Shown here: piece by piece, positions 18,318 through 29,163 of the stretch | How positions within the stretch are numbered: the first letter of the stretch is position 1 | Layout: each line of letters opens with the position of its first letter | Assembly: GCA_963754245.1 (NCBI GenBank) | Contig: CAVWET010000002.1 | Location: 178,318 to 242,317, forward strand | DNA: 64,000 nt | Reading direction: 5' to 3' | Source: an uncultured Alphaproteobacteria bacterium | Lineage (GTDB): Bacteria; Pseudomonadota; Alphaproteobacteria; Sphingomonadales; Sphingomonadaceae | Notes under the pieces: generated by a model | Told to the model about the DNA's origin: nothing | Seen by the model: only the letters and a program-made list of their open reading frames with translations | The model's database searches: none | Made by a program: the position numbers and the translations under genes

Positions 18318-18803
18318 ATGGCAGGACAAGTAATCCAAGGCGACGAAGACGAAGCTATTTCCGACATCAACGTCGTTCCACTGACCGACGTTATGCTGGT
18401 GCTTCTGATCGTGTTCCTGATCACTACTCAGGTGATCAAGCAGGCGGTCCCGGTGAAGCTGCCGAACGTTCGCTACGAACCGACGATGACGAAACCGGAA
18501 AATGTCTCGCTCACCGTACGCAACGGCCCGGGCGGCACATGCGAGGTCTACTGGGGCATCACAAAGGTCACCCAGAAGGATCTCCTCGACCGGTCCGTTC
18601 AGAAGCTTGAGAAGCTGATCAGGGATGTCGGAGGCGTACAGAACGTCAACGAAGAGAATATGCCCGAGGCGCACATCCGCGGCGACGTCAACACACAGTA
18701 CAAATGCATCGGCGCAGCAATCATCACCATGCAGCAGGCTGGATTCCAGCGTGTCGGCTTCATTTCCGAGCCGCCGCCGCTGACCGGCTATCGCGCCGAA
18801 TAG
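18318..18803 (+). CDS. exbD: Biopolymer transporter ExbD/TolR
   Basis: ISDINVVPLTDVMLVLLIVFLITT is the ExbD/TolR N-terminal TM signature. Confidence 0.9.
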   Translation: MAGQVIQGDEDEAISDINVVPLTDVMLVLLIVFLITTQVIKQAVPVKLPNVRYEPTMTKPENVSLTVRNGPGGTCEVYWGITKVTQKDLLDRSVQKLEKLIRDVGGVQNVNEENMPEAHIRGDVNTQYKCIGAAIITMQQAGFQRVGFISEPPPLTGYRAE

Positions 18804-18815
18804 GAGTAGTTCGCC

Positions 18816-19251
18816 ATGTCAATGCAAACGACCAGCGACAATGATTTGGGCGAACCGATGATCGACATGAACGTGACTCCGCTGATCGACGTCATGTTGG
18901 TTCTTCTGATCATGTTCATCATTACCATTCCCATCCAGACTCACGCGGTGAAGCTGGATCTTCCGGTGAATCAGCAGAACCAGCCGCCACCACCGATCGA
19001 CCCTGTGAAGAACAAGGTCGTCATCAATGCCCAGGACCAGGTTCTCTGGAACGGCGCACCGGTTTCGATGCCGCAGCTTCGCGCCGTATCTCGATACGAC
19101 GCAGCAGATGAACCCGATCCCGGAGCTCCACCTCCAGCCGGACGCGACCGCTCGCTACGAGACGGTCGACCAGGTGCTGGCCGTCACCAAGCGAGCGCAC
19201 GTCCAGAAGATGGGCTTCGTCGGCAACGAATATTATATGAACGTCTTCTAA
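18816..19251 (+). pseudogene. exbD: Biopolymer transporter ExbD/TolR (second copy), frameshifted as sequenced
   Basis: MIDMNVTPLIDVMLVLLIMFIITIP...LWNGAPVSMPQLRA continues in the +1 frame (ORF 19027..19251) as YLDTTQQMNPIPELHLQPDATARYETVDQVLAVTKRAHVQKMGFVGNE. The apparent extra base is near 19087. The listed 270-aa ORF tail is Arg/Pro-rich out-of-frame read-through into glmU. Confidence 0.85.
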
Positions 19252-19274
19252 GGCGAAGGTCTGAGGAAGTGTCA

Positions 19275-19308
19275 GGGCGGCTCCGTCTAGAGCCGCCCTT
19301 TTCATTTG
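19275..19308 (+). terminator. Rho-independent terminator after the ton/exb operon
   Basis: GGGCGGCTC-CGTCTA-GAGCCGCCC is followed by TTTTCATTTG. Confidence 0.7.
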
Positions 19309-19335
19309 TACCAGACTGGCGCTCATTAGAGCGCC

Positions 19336-20709
19336 ATGCCATTGCTCGCCGCAATGACCGACCAGCGCCGTTTCGCCGTCGTGATCCTTGCCGCGGGGCA
19401 GGGCACACGCATGCGTTCCGACACGCACAAAGTGCTGCATCCGATCGCCAGCCGGCCGCTGCTCCTGCACCTGCTCGACACGGTGGATCGGCTCGGCGCA
19501 GACAAGCGTGTGGTCGTCGTCGGCAAGGGTCGCGAGCAGGTCGAAGCGGCACTCCAGGGCCGCGACGTCACGATCGCGATTCAAAGCGAGCAGAAGGGCA
19601 CCGGGCACGCGGTCCAGCAAGCGGCTGAGGCACTTGCGGGCTATGACGGGCCGGTGATCGTGCTTTACGGCGACACGCCGTTCGTTGCGGCAGAGACGTT
19701 ACGGCGAATGCTGGACCGCCTCGATGGTGCAGCCGGACCCGGCGTGGTCGTGCTCGCCTCTTCGCCGGCGGATCCTCTTCGGTACGGCCGGATTATCCTC
19801 GGCGAAGGCGATCACATCGCCAAGATGGTAGAATACAAGGACGCGACGGAGGAGGAGCGCGCCGTCCGGCTGTGCAACTCAGGGATGATGGCGGTGCGCG
19901 CGGCCGATTTATTCCGATGGCTGGGCCAGGTCGGAAACGACAATGCGGCCGGCGAATATTACCTTCCCGACATCGTCAATATTGCAGCTGGAGAGAGGCG
20001 GGGACGCAGTCGTCATCGAAGGCGATCCGCACGAAACGGCTGGCGTGAACAGCCGCGCCGAGCTCGCCCACCTGGAGCTCGAATGGCAGCGACGCCGCCG
20101 CGAGCAGGCGCTCGACGAGGGCGCAACTCTGATCGATCCCGAAAGTGTGTGGTTCGCTTTCGACACGAAGCTCGGACGCGATGTCACCGTAGAGCCGCAC
20201 GTGGTCTTCGGCCCGGGCGTCGAGATCGCCGACGGCGCGACTATTCACGCCTTCAGCCACATCGAAGGTGCGATCATCGGCCCGAAGGCGAGCATTGGCC
20301 CGTTCGCGCGCATCCGTCCGGGAACCGGCTCGCCGAACGAACCAAGGTGGGCAATTTCGTGGAGCTCAAGAAGGCTGAGATCGCCGCGGGCGCCAAGGTG
20401 AACCACCTCTCGTACGTCGGCGATGCAGACGTTGGCAGCGGCGCGAACATCGGCGCCGGCACAATCACGTGCAATTATGACGGTTTCGGCAAGTACCGTA
20501 CCGTGATCGGTGCCGGTGCCTTCATTGGGTCGAACACGGCGTTGGTCGCGCCTGTAACCGTTGGCGAGGGTGCCATCATCGGTGCGGGTTCGGTGATCAC
20601 GCGCGACGTCGAAGCCGACAGCCTCGCCCTAGAGCGGAGCGAACAAAAGGGCATCGCCGGTTGGGCTCGCCGTTTCCGTGAACGAATGACGAGAAAGGCT
20701 GCCGAGTAA
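19336..20709 (+). pseudogene. glmU: Bifunctional GlcNAc-1-P uridyltransferase / GlcN-1-P acetyltransferase, with a compensating pair of frameshifts as sequenced
   Basis: The N-terminus VILAAGQGTRMRS and the C-terminal LbH repeats (GANIGAGTITCNYDGF) are in the frame of ORF 19336. Residues between about 19990 and 20328 are Arg-rich nonsense in that frame. The +1 ORF 19943..20401 reads proper GlmU there (ERGGDAVVIEGDPHETAGVNSRAELA...HIEGAIIGPKASIGPFARIRPGT). Confidence 0.9.
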
Positions 20710-20713
20710 GCGT

Positions 20714-22539
<1,826 letters not shown>

Positions 22540-23451
22540 TCACGCGGCAGCGCGCTTGGTTTCCAGCTGACGGACGTGGCGGCTGAGCCGCTCGTAGAGG
22601 AAGTCGATCACGGCACGGACGCGGGGAGTGTGGCGGCAACGTTCATGGGTGAACAGCCAAAGAATGCGTCCGTGATCACCGCGCGGCGGAACACAGCGCA
22701 CAAGCTCGGTATCCGCGTCCGCGATGATGCAAGGCAGAACGGCGATGCCGAATCCTGACCGGACGCCCGACAGCAAACCACCGGATGTCGCGTGGTGCAT
22801 GGCGACATTGCTTTCGAGGCCGAGTGCCTGAAGCCAGCTCTGATAGTGGATCCACAGGTTCCCACCGCCACCACCGATAAACGCATGCTGCTTCAGCTCG
22901 GCAAGGGTCCGCGGGACACCATGCCGCGCGGCATAATCACGGCTGCAATAAAGCGCCCAATCGTCGATGCAGAGCTGACGTCCGACGAGCCCCGCTGGTT
23001 GATCGGCCCCTTTCGTGCTCCTCAGCGAGATGTCGGCCTCCCCCGCGCCGAGATCGCGGACCTGCTGGCTGGCGTCGAGGTCGATCAGGATCTCCGGATA
23101 GTGTTCGTGCAGCTCCCGCAGCAGCGGTGCGAGTATCGTGATCGAATAGACCTCCTCGGTGGTGATCTTCACTGTGCCCTTCACCTCGCGGGACTGGGCC
23201 GCGGCCGCTTCGGCAAAGGCATTCGCGGTGGTCTCGACCTGCTGGGCCCTCTGCAGCAGCTCTTGCCCCGCGGGCGTCAGCGCATAGCCCGACTGGCGCT
23301 TCTCGAAGACTGGAAAGCCGATCGCCTCCTCGAGCGCTGCAATCCGGCGCGCAACCGTCGTCTGGCTGACGCGCAATGCGCGGCCAGCTGCGAGCGTGCT
23401 TCCGTCTCGCGCCACGGCGAGGAAGTAGCGAAGGTCATTCCAGTCGAGCAT
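22540..23451 (-). CDS. LysR-family transcriptional regulator
   Basis: WNDLRYFLAVARDGSTLAAGRALRVSQTTVARRIAALEE is a wHTH, followed by a LysR effector domain. Confidence 0.9.
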   Translation of the reverse strand: MLDWNDLRYFLAVARDGSTLAAGRALRVSQTTVARRIAALEEAIGFPVFEKRQSGYALTPAGQELLQRAQQVETTANAFAEAAAAQSREVKGTVKITTEEVYSITILAPLLRELHEHYPEILIDLDASQQVRDLGAGEADISLRSTKGADQPAGLVGRQLCIDDWALYCSRDYAARHGVPRTLAELKQHAFIGGGGGNLWIHYQSWLQALGLESNVAMHHATSGGLLSGVRSGFGIAVLPCIIADADTELVRCVPPRGDHGRILWLFTHERCRHTPRVRAVIDFLYERLSRHVRQLETKRAAA

Positions 23452-23463
23452 CGGCCGCAGTCC

Positions 23464-23505
23464 TAGCGCCTTCAGGCGCTAACTTCGTTCTGCAATTCTG
23501 CAGAA
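23464..23505. promoter_or_regulatory. Two perfect inverted repeats in the LysR / UrcA divergent intergenic region
   Basis: TAGCGCC-TTCA-GGCGCTA lies at 23464..23481 and TTCTGCA-ATTC-TGCAGAA at 23488..23505, both read directly. Their position suggests operator sites. Confidence 0.25.
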
Positions 23506-23584
23506 TCATAGCACGACATCGTTGCTCACGTAAGTTGCGAAAGAAGACTAGATGGATGGTCGCATTCGAAACAGGAGGCGACCC

Positions 23585-23908
23585 ATGAAAAAGCCATTTC
23601 TCATCATCCTCAGCTCGGCGCTCGCGACCGGCGCAGTCATCAAGGCAGCTCCCGCGCTTGCGGAGCCCGTTAAAGCGGTTAGCGTCGTCCAGACTGCCGA
23701 CCTGGATCTGTCCACCAACTCCGGACGGAAGGCTCTCGACCATCGGCTCGTTATTGCGGTCCAGGAGGTCTGCGGGACCGCGTCTGACGTAGACCTCGCC
23801 GGAAAGAACGCGGTGCGGCAGTGCCGGACCGATGCTCTCGGCAAGGCCCGGGCGCGTGGCGAGCAGCTCGCCAGCCGCGGCGAAGGCATCGTCGTCGCGA
23901 GCCGTTAA
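23585..23908 (+). CDS. UrcA-family secreted protein
   Basis: The signal peptide is MKKPFLIILSSALATGAVIKAAPALA. VQTADLDLSTNSGRKALDHRLVIAVQEVCG resembles the UrcA family. The start is taken at the internal ATG 23585, preceded by AGGAGG. Confidence 0.6.
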   Translation: MKKPFLIILSSALATGAVIKAAPALAEPVKAVSVVQTADLDLSTNSGRKALDHRLVIAVQEVCGTASDVDLAGKNAVRQCRTDALGKARARGEQLASRGEGIVVASR

Positions 23909-23924
23909 AGTCGGACCCAGAGTT

Positions 23925-23960
23925 GAAGGCCGCCTGGCTCCCCCGGGCGGCCTTCTTCTT
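23925..23960 (+). terminator. Rho-independent terminator
   Basis: GAAGGCCGCC ... GGCGGCCTTC is a 10-bp stem, followed by TTCTT. Confidence 0.55.
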
Positions 23961-23993
23961 GCCTGCCGGGTCAGCCGCACTTACGCAACAGTC

Positions 23994-24368
23994 ATGAAGG
24001 TCCAGGGCGGCTGCCATTGCGGAACGGTGCAGTTCGAGGCGGAGATGCCCGAGCCGCCGGTGCCGGCGCTCGATTGCAATTGCTCGGTATGCCGGATGAC
24101 CGGCTTTCTCCACATCATGGTGCCGCACGATCAGTTCGAGCTCATCAGTGGCCACGATGCGCTCAGCAGCTATCGGTTCGGGACCGGAGCCGCCGAGCAT
24201 CTGTTCTGCGGGCAATGCGGGGTGAAGAGCTTCTATCAGCCTCGCTCGCATCCTGACGCATGGAGCGTCAACGCAAATTGCCTCCACCAGCCTGTTGAGC
24301 TGGCCGTCGAGCAGTTCGACGGACGTAATTGGGAAGCCGCCAGGGCCAATCTCGACGCGCAGGAGTAG
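23994..24368 (+). CDS. GFA-family (glutathione-dependent formaldehyde-activating / CENP-V-like) zinc protein
   Basis: The Cys pattern is GGCHCGTVQFE ... CNCSVCRMTG ... FCGQCG. The start is taken at the internal ATG 23994. Confidence 0.8.
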   Translation: MKVQGGCHCGTVQFEAEMPEPPVPALDCNCSVCRMTGFLHIMVPHDQFELISGHDALSSYRFGTGAAEHLFCGQCGVKSFYQPRSHPDAWSVNANCLHQPVELAVEQFDGRNWEAARANLDAQE

Positions 24369-24386
24369 CGCCGTTACGGCGAGCCC

Positions 24387-25415
24387 ATGCACCACCCGCT
24401 GCGACTGACTGTCGATCGCTCCGCTATCGAATCGAACTGGCGTTGGCTTCAGGATCGCGCGGGCGTCACGGCCGGAGCGGCGGTCAAGGCCGACGGCTAT
24501 GGCCTCGGTGCGGGGGAGACCGTTCAAGCGCTGCTGGACGCGGGCTGCCGACACTTCTTCGTATCCACTTGGGCTGAGGCCGAGTGCGTCGGTAATCTCC
24601 CGGCAGATGCGAGCCTGGTAGTGCTGCATGGTGTCGGCCCGAACAACACTGAAACAGCGCTTCAATTGCCTGCTCGACCGTGCCTCAACACCGCCGCACA
24701 AGTCGCGCGGTGGAAAGAGATTGCACCCGACCGTCAATGTGACGTGATGATCGATACGGGCATGAACCGGCTCGGTCTGAGGCCGACGGAGATCGACCTG
24801 CTCGAGGGGCTGACGATCGAGACTCTCCACAGCCACCTCGCGTGCGCAGACGAGGACAGCCCTTTGAACGCCATGCAGCTGGAGCGCTTCCGCGCCGTGC
24901 GCTCAGCCGTTGCTGCGCGGCGCTACAGCATTGCGAATTCTGCCGGCATCGCGCTCGGTGGCAATTACAGCTTCGATCTCGTCCGTCCCGGGATATCGAT
25001 TTACGGCGGCATTCAGCGGCCCGAATTTGAAGGCAACATCCGGCAAGTGGCGCGCGTAGAGGCTCAGATTGTCCAGAGGCGCAGGATTCAGGAGGGCGAA
25101 AGCTGCGGTTACGGCGCCACGTTCCTCGCTAAGGAGGATACCGAGGCCGCGATCCTGAACATCGGCTACGCGGACGGCTATCTACGGGGCTTCTCTTCTC
25201 ACGGCTCCGCTTTCGCGGGCGAATACGCACTGCCGGTTCTCGGACGCGTATCGATGGATCTCATCGCGGTCGGATGCGACGCGGCGCCGGATCTTAAGGA
25301 AGGGGATTGGGTCGAGATCGACTACGATTTGCCTTCGGCCTCGAAGCAGTCCGGACTTTCGCAGTACGAGCTGCTGACGTGCTTGGGCGACCGGTTCGAG
25401 CGGCGGTGGACTTAA
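24387..25415 (+). CDS. alr: Alanine racemase
   Basis: AAVKADGYGLG is the PLP-lysine motif, and the C-terminal block is GRVSMDLIAV. Confidence 0.88.
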   Translation: MHHPLRLTVDRSAIESNWRWLQDRAGVTAGAAVKADGYGLGAGETVQALLDAGCRHFFVSTWAEAECVGNLPADASLVVLHGVGPNNTETALQLPARPCLNTAAQVARWKEIAPDRQCDVMIDTGMNRLGLRPTEIDLLEGLTIETLHSHLACADEDSPLNAMQLERFRAVRSAVAARRYSIANSAGIALGGNYSFDLVRPGISIYGGIQRPEFEGNIRQVARVEAQIVQRRRIQEGESCGYGATFLAKEDTEAAILNIGYADGYLRGFSSHGSAFAGEYALPVLGRVSMDLIAVGCDAAPDLKEGDWVEIDYDLPSASKQSGLSQYELLTCLGDRFERRWT

Positions 25416-26061
25416 GCCGCTCCTCGGGCGGCGGCGTCTTCGGCGTGTAGCGGCAAAGGTCGATTACCGGACAGCGCCAGCACTCCGGCAGCCGCGCCTT
25501 GCAGGTGTAGCGGCCGTGCAGGATGAGCCAGTGATGCGCGTCGCGGCGGAAGGGCTGGGGAACGATCTTTTCGAGCTTCGCTTCGACCTCGTCGACAGTC
25601 TTGCCCGGCGCAAGTCCGGTGCGGTTGCAGACGCGGAAGACGTGCGTGTCGACGGCGAACGTCTCTTCGCCGAACGCGGTGTTCAGGACGACGTTCGCGG
25701 TCTTGCGGCCGACGCCCGGTAACGCCTGCAGCTCCTCGCGCGTCCGAGGGACCTTGCCCTTGTGCTGGTCGATGAGTGCCTGGCTGAGCGCGATGACGTT
25801 TTTCGCCTTGGTGTTGAACAAGCCGATGGTCTTGATTGCCTCGCGCAAAGACGGTTCGCTGAGCTCCACCATCTGTTCGGGAGTGTCGATGTGCTGGAAT
25901 AACGGGCGTGTGGCGATGTTGACGCTGGCGTCGGTTGCCTGCGCGGACAGCACGACGGCGACGAGCAGTTGGTAGGGATTCTCGGATTTAAGCTCCGTCG
26001 TGGGTGAGGGGTTCACCTCCGCCAGACGGCGGAAGAACTCAAAGACTTGGTCGCGCTTCAC
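25294..26061 (-). CDS. nth: Endonuclease III
   Basis: LQALPGVGRKTANVVLN is the HhH motif, and CKARLPECWRCPVIDLC is the C-X6-C-X2-C-X5-C 4Fe-4S cluster. After the cluster there is a basic tail of about 40 aa that overlaps the alr 3' end, so the stop position is suspect. Confidence 0.88.
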   Translation of the reverse strand: MKRDQVFEFFRRLAEVNPSPTTELKSENPYQLLVAVVLSAQATDASVNIATRPLFQHIDTPEQMVELSEPSLREAIKTIGLFNTKAKNVIALSQALIDQHKGKVPRTREELQALPGVGRKTANVVLNTAFGEETFAVDTHVFRVCNRTGLAPGKTVDEVEAKLEKIVPQPFRRDAHHWLILHGRYTCKARLPECWRCPVIDLCRYTPKTPPPEERLKSTAARTGRPSTSAARTAKVRTASRPKANRSRSRPNPLP

Positions 26062-26777
26062 AGCGAGCCGATGACGTCCCGCATCGAATAGAGGCCTGCC
26101 GGCTTGCCGACGAGGAACCGCGCGGCGGCCAGGGCGCCGCGGGCAAAGATCTTCCGGCTGTCAGCGCGGTGGCCGAGTTCCACGCGCTCGCCATCCGTCG
26201 CGAGGATCACGAGATGCTCCCCGGCTACTGAGCCGCCCCGCAGCGAGGCGTAGCCGATCGTGCCAGGCTCTCTCGCGTGCGGATGCTCGCTGATGCGGTC
26301 GAACCGGCTTAGCTCCTGCATCGTCGACCCGCGCCCCTTTGCTGCCGATTGCGCCAGCATCAGGGCTGTTCCCGAAGGCGCGTCGACCTTGTGCCGGTGG
26401 TGCATCTCCAAAATCTCGATGTCCCAGTCGGGTCCCAGACGCGCGGCCGCCTGCTCGACAAGATCCTTGAGCAGGTTGATGCCGAGCGACGTGTTGGGCG
26501 CGTAGATAATGGCGATCTTGCTGCTCGCGTCTTCGATCATCGCATGGTGCTCGGGCTTGAGGCCTGTGGTTCCGATCAGGATCGGCACATTTGCCGAGAT
26601 CGCTCGGTCGAGGCTCTTCCTGAGACCCTCCGGCGCCGAGAAATCCACCAATATGTCGCCGTGGTCCTCATCAAGCGCGAAGGCATGATCGCCGGCGACC
26701 GCGTTGGCGATCGCTTCTCCCATGCGTCCGCCCGGCGCGAACAGGGCGATGCGGATCGGCTGGTCGGCTGTGCGCAT
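26058..26777 (-). CDS. dapB: 4-hydroxy-tetrahydrodipicolinate reductase
   Basis: ILEMHHRHKVDAPSGTAL is the DapB signature. There is a 4-nt overlap with nth. Confidence 0.92.
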   Translation of the reverse strand: MRTADQPIRIALFAPGGRMGEAIANAVAGDHAFALDEDHGDILVDFSAPEGLRKSLDRAISANVPILIGTTGLKPEHHAMIEDASSKIAIIYAPNTSLGINLLKDLVEQAAARLGPDWDIEILEMHHRHKVDAPSGTALMLAQSAAKGRGSTMQELSRFDRISEHPHAREPGTIGYASLRGGSVAGEHLVILATDGERVELGHRADSRKIFARGALAAARFLVGKPAGLYSMRDVIGSL

Positions 26778-26786
26778 CAGCCGTGA

Positions 26787-27533
26787 TTAGCGAAGCCGTT
26801 CCTGCAGGGCTAGCGCGGCAGCCGGCGCCCGGACTTTGGCGCCGTTGATCATGAAGATGTAGGCGTCCTGTCCGCCCTTAACCCAGCCGCGCGCCTGTTC
26901 GGCAAAACGGTCGAGTGCGGCGTCATCGTAGCCGGTCGTAATTTCCTCGTTCATCCGCTGGAAGCGCGCATACCGGAAGTTCGCCGTATCGGCTTCGATA
27001 GTGGGATATTCGTCCGAGTCCTCCAAAACAACGGCGACGTTGTGGTCGCGGCAAAGCTGAAAGAAGTTCTCTTCGCGAAAGCTCTCGTGACGCGGCTCGA
27101 TTGCATGTCGCAGAGGAATGCCATCCACGTCGCGAGGCAGCAGGTCGAGAAATGCCGCGATGTCTTCGCGGTCGAATTTCCGCCGCGGCTGAAACTGCCA
27201 AAGAATAGGCCCGAGTTTCGGACCCAGTGCAGCGAATCCTTGGGCGAAGAAGCCGGCAAGGCCCTCGCCAGCGTCGGTCAGCTTCGAGCGCATCACGCAA
27301 AAGCGAGAGCCCTTTACCGCGAATTGAAACCCCTCCGGTGCGACTTTCTCCCATGCGGCCCAACTCTTCGGGCTTTGGCGGCCGTAGAAGGTCGCGTTGA
27401 TCTCGATCGCGCCGAGTTGGCTCGACGCATATTGAAGTTCCTGTTTCTGCGGTAGCTTCTCCGGATAGAACACGCCGCGCCACGGCGGGTAGGTCCAGCC
27501 GCCGATGCCGATGCGGATTTTGCCTTCGCTCAT
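26787..27533 (-). CDS. DUF72 (YecE-like) protein
   Basis: IRIGIGGWTYPPWRGVFYP ... LGAIEINATFY is typical of DUF72. Confidence 0.85.
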   Translation of the reverse strand: MSEGKIRIGIGGWTYPPWRGVFYPEKLPQKQELQYASSQLGAIEINATFYGRQSPKSWAAWEKVAPEGFQFAVKGSRFCVMRSKLTDAGEGLAGFFAQGFAALGPKLGPILWQFQPRRKFDREDIAAFLDLLPRDVDGIPLRHAIEPRHESFREENFFQLCRDHNVAVVLEDSDEYPTIEADTANFRYARFQRMNEEITTGYDDAALDRFAEQARGWVKGGQDAYIFMINGAKVRAPAAALALQERLR

Positions 27534-27558
27534 CGCAACGCCGCTCTATGCTCCTCTC

Positions 27559-28263
27559 ATGGTTGTTCGCAACATCGTGATCCTGACCGGCGCTGGAGTT
27601 TCCGCCGAAAGCGGTCTCGCAACCTTCCGCGGGCCCGATGGCCTTTGGGAGGGCCACCGGGTCGAGGACGTCTGCACCCCCGACGCCTTCCGCAGGGATC
27701 CCGCGCTGGTTCATGCTTTCTACGACGCGCGGCGGGAGAAACTCGGAACCGTCGGGCCAAACGCCGCTCATAAGGCGCTGGCGAGGTTCGACGCCGAGTG
27801 GCCGGGCGATCTGCTGGTGATCACGCAGAACGTCGATGACCTGCACGAGCGCGCGGGCTCGAAGCGACTACTGCACATGCATGGCGAGCTGACCAAGGGA
27901 TGGTGCCTCGCCTGCGACCAGCGCTTCGGCTGGTCAGGTCCGATGGGCGAGGGCGCAACTTGCCCGTCATGCGATGCCGAGGGAAAAGTGCGCCCTGACA
28001 TCGTCTGGTTCGGAGAGATGCCCTACGAAATGGACCGGATCGACGAAGCGCTGCGCCGGTGCGACCTGTTCGTGTCCATTGGAACTTCAGGCGCCGTGTA
28101 CCCCGCGGCCGGCTTCGTTCAGACGGCGCGTTATTGCGGAGCGCAAACGCTGGAGATCAATCTCGAGCCGAGCCTTGGCAGTTACATGTTCGACGAGAGC
28201 CGCATCGGAACGGCCGGCGAACTGGTCGCGCAGTGGGTGGATGAGGTGCTTGCCGGAATCTAG
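27559..28263 (+). CDS. cobB: NAD-dependent protein deacylase (Sir2/CobB)
   Basis: ILTGAGVSAESGLATFRG, the zinc ribbon CLACDQ...CPSCD, and IGTSGAVYPAA are all present. The start is taken at ATG 27559 to avoid overlap with DUF72. The stop shares a CTAG with the era stop. Confidence 0.88.
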   Translation: MVVRNIVILTGAGVSAESGLATFRGPDGLWEGHRVEDVCTPDAFRRDPALVHAFYDARREKLGTVGPNAAHKALARFDAEWPGDLLVITQNVDDLHERAGSKRLLHMHGELTKGWCLACDQRFGWSGPMGEGATCPSCDAEGKVRPDIVWFGEMPYEMDRIDEALRRCDLFVSIGTSGAVYPAAGFVQTARYCGAQTLEINLEPSLGSYMFDESRIGTAGELVAQWVDEVLAGI

Positions 28264-29163
28264 TCGGCCCACTCCAGTCCGATTTCACGATAAAGGCCGC
28301 GATCCTCGTCCCAACGCGGATTGACCTTCACATGCAGGAACAGGTGCACCGGTCGGCCCAGATGCTCGGCAATCTCGGCGCGCGCCGCGGCTCCGATTGC
28401 TTTCAGGCGCCGTCCGCCCTTGCCGATCACGATGGCCTTCTGGCTATCGCGCTCGACGAGGATTTGCTGGCGGATGGCGGTCGAGCCGTCGGATCGGTCT
28501 TCCCACGTCTCCGTCTCGACAGCGGTCTCATAGGGAAGCTCCTGGTGGAGCTGATTGACGATCTGCTCGCGAAGTCAGCTCGGCCGCGACCATTCGATCG
28601 GTTGCGTCGGAAACCTCATCCTCCGGATAGAGCCAGGGACCTCCGGGCATGGCCGCCGCCAGAGCGTGCTTGAGGTCGGCAACCCCGTCTCCTTGCGCAG
28701 CACTGAGCATGAAGACCTTTTCGGGATTTAACCGCGCTGTCAGGCCGGCAGATAGCGAAAGCAGATCGCCTTTCTTCACGAGATCGATCTTGTTGAGGAC
28801 GAGGAACAGCGGATGCTGGCGCTCGCGCAGAGATGCGATGATGCGCTCGGCTTCCGCATTCACGCCTGCTGCCGCATCGATCACCAAGAGGATCCGATCG
28901 GCGTCCTGCGCGCCTGTCCAGGCCGCCGCCACCATAGCGCGGTCGAGTCGGCGCCGGGGTTCGAAAATTCCCGGCGTGTCGACGAGAAGGATCTGCGCCT
29001 CACCCTCGATCGCAATGCCCATCAGCCTGGCACGCGTGGTCTGTGCCTTTGGGCTGACGATCGCGACCTTCTGACCGACTAACGCATTGACCAGCGTCGA
29101 CTTGCCCGCATTGGGCGCGCCGATCACGGCGACGAAGCCAGCCCGCGTCCCACCTTCACTCAT
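28261..29163 (-). pseudogene. era: GTPase Era, frameshifted as sequenced
   Basis: G1 GAPNAGKST, G3 DTPG and G4 NKID are in ORF 28528..29163. The KH domain (REQIVNQLHQELPYETAVETETWE...GRPVHLFLHVKVNPRWDEDRGLYREIGLEWAD*) continues in the neighbouring frame down to 28261. The apparent extra base is at about 28572-28574. Confidence 0.9.

Noticed and set aside
23751-24836. 361-aa minus-strand ORF across the urcA-like, GFA and alr genes
   Set aside because: It overlaps three well-supported + strand genes, and its composition is typical of out-of-frame GC-rich translation.
27559-28263. SIR2-domain protein as a possible anti-phage (Thoeris/DSR-like) effector
   Set aside because: Its size, zinc ribbon and motifs match housekeeping CobB deacylase. 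It has no partner sensor gene and lies in a housekeeping neighbourhood (DUF72, era).
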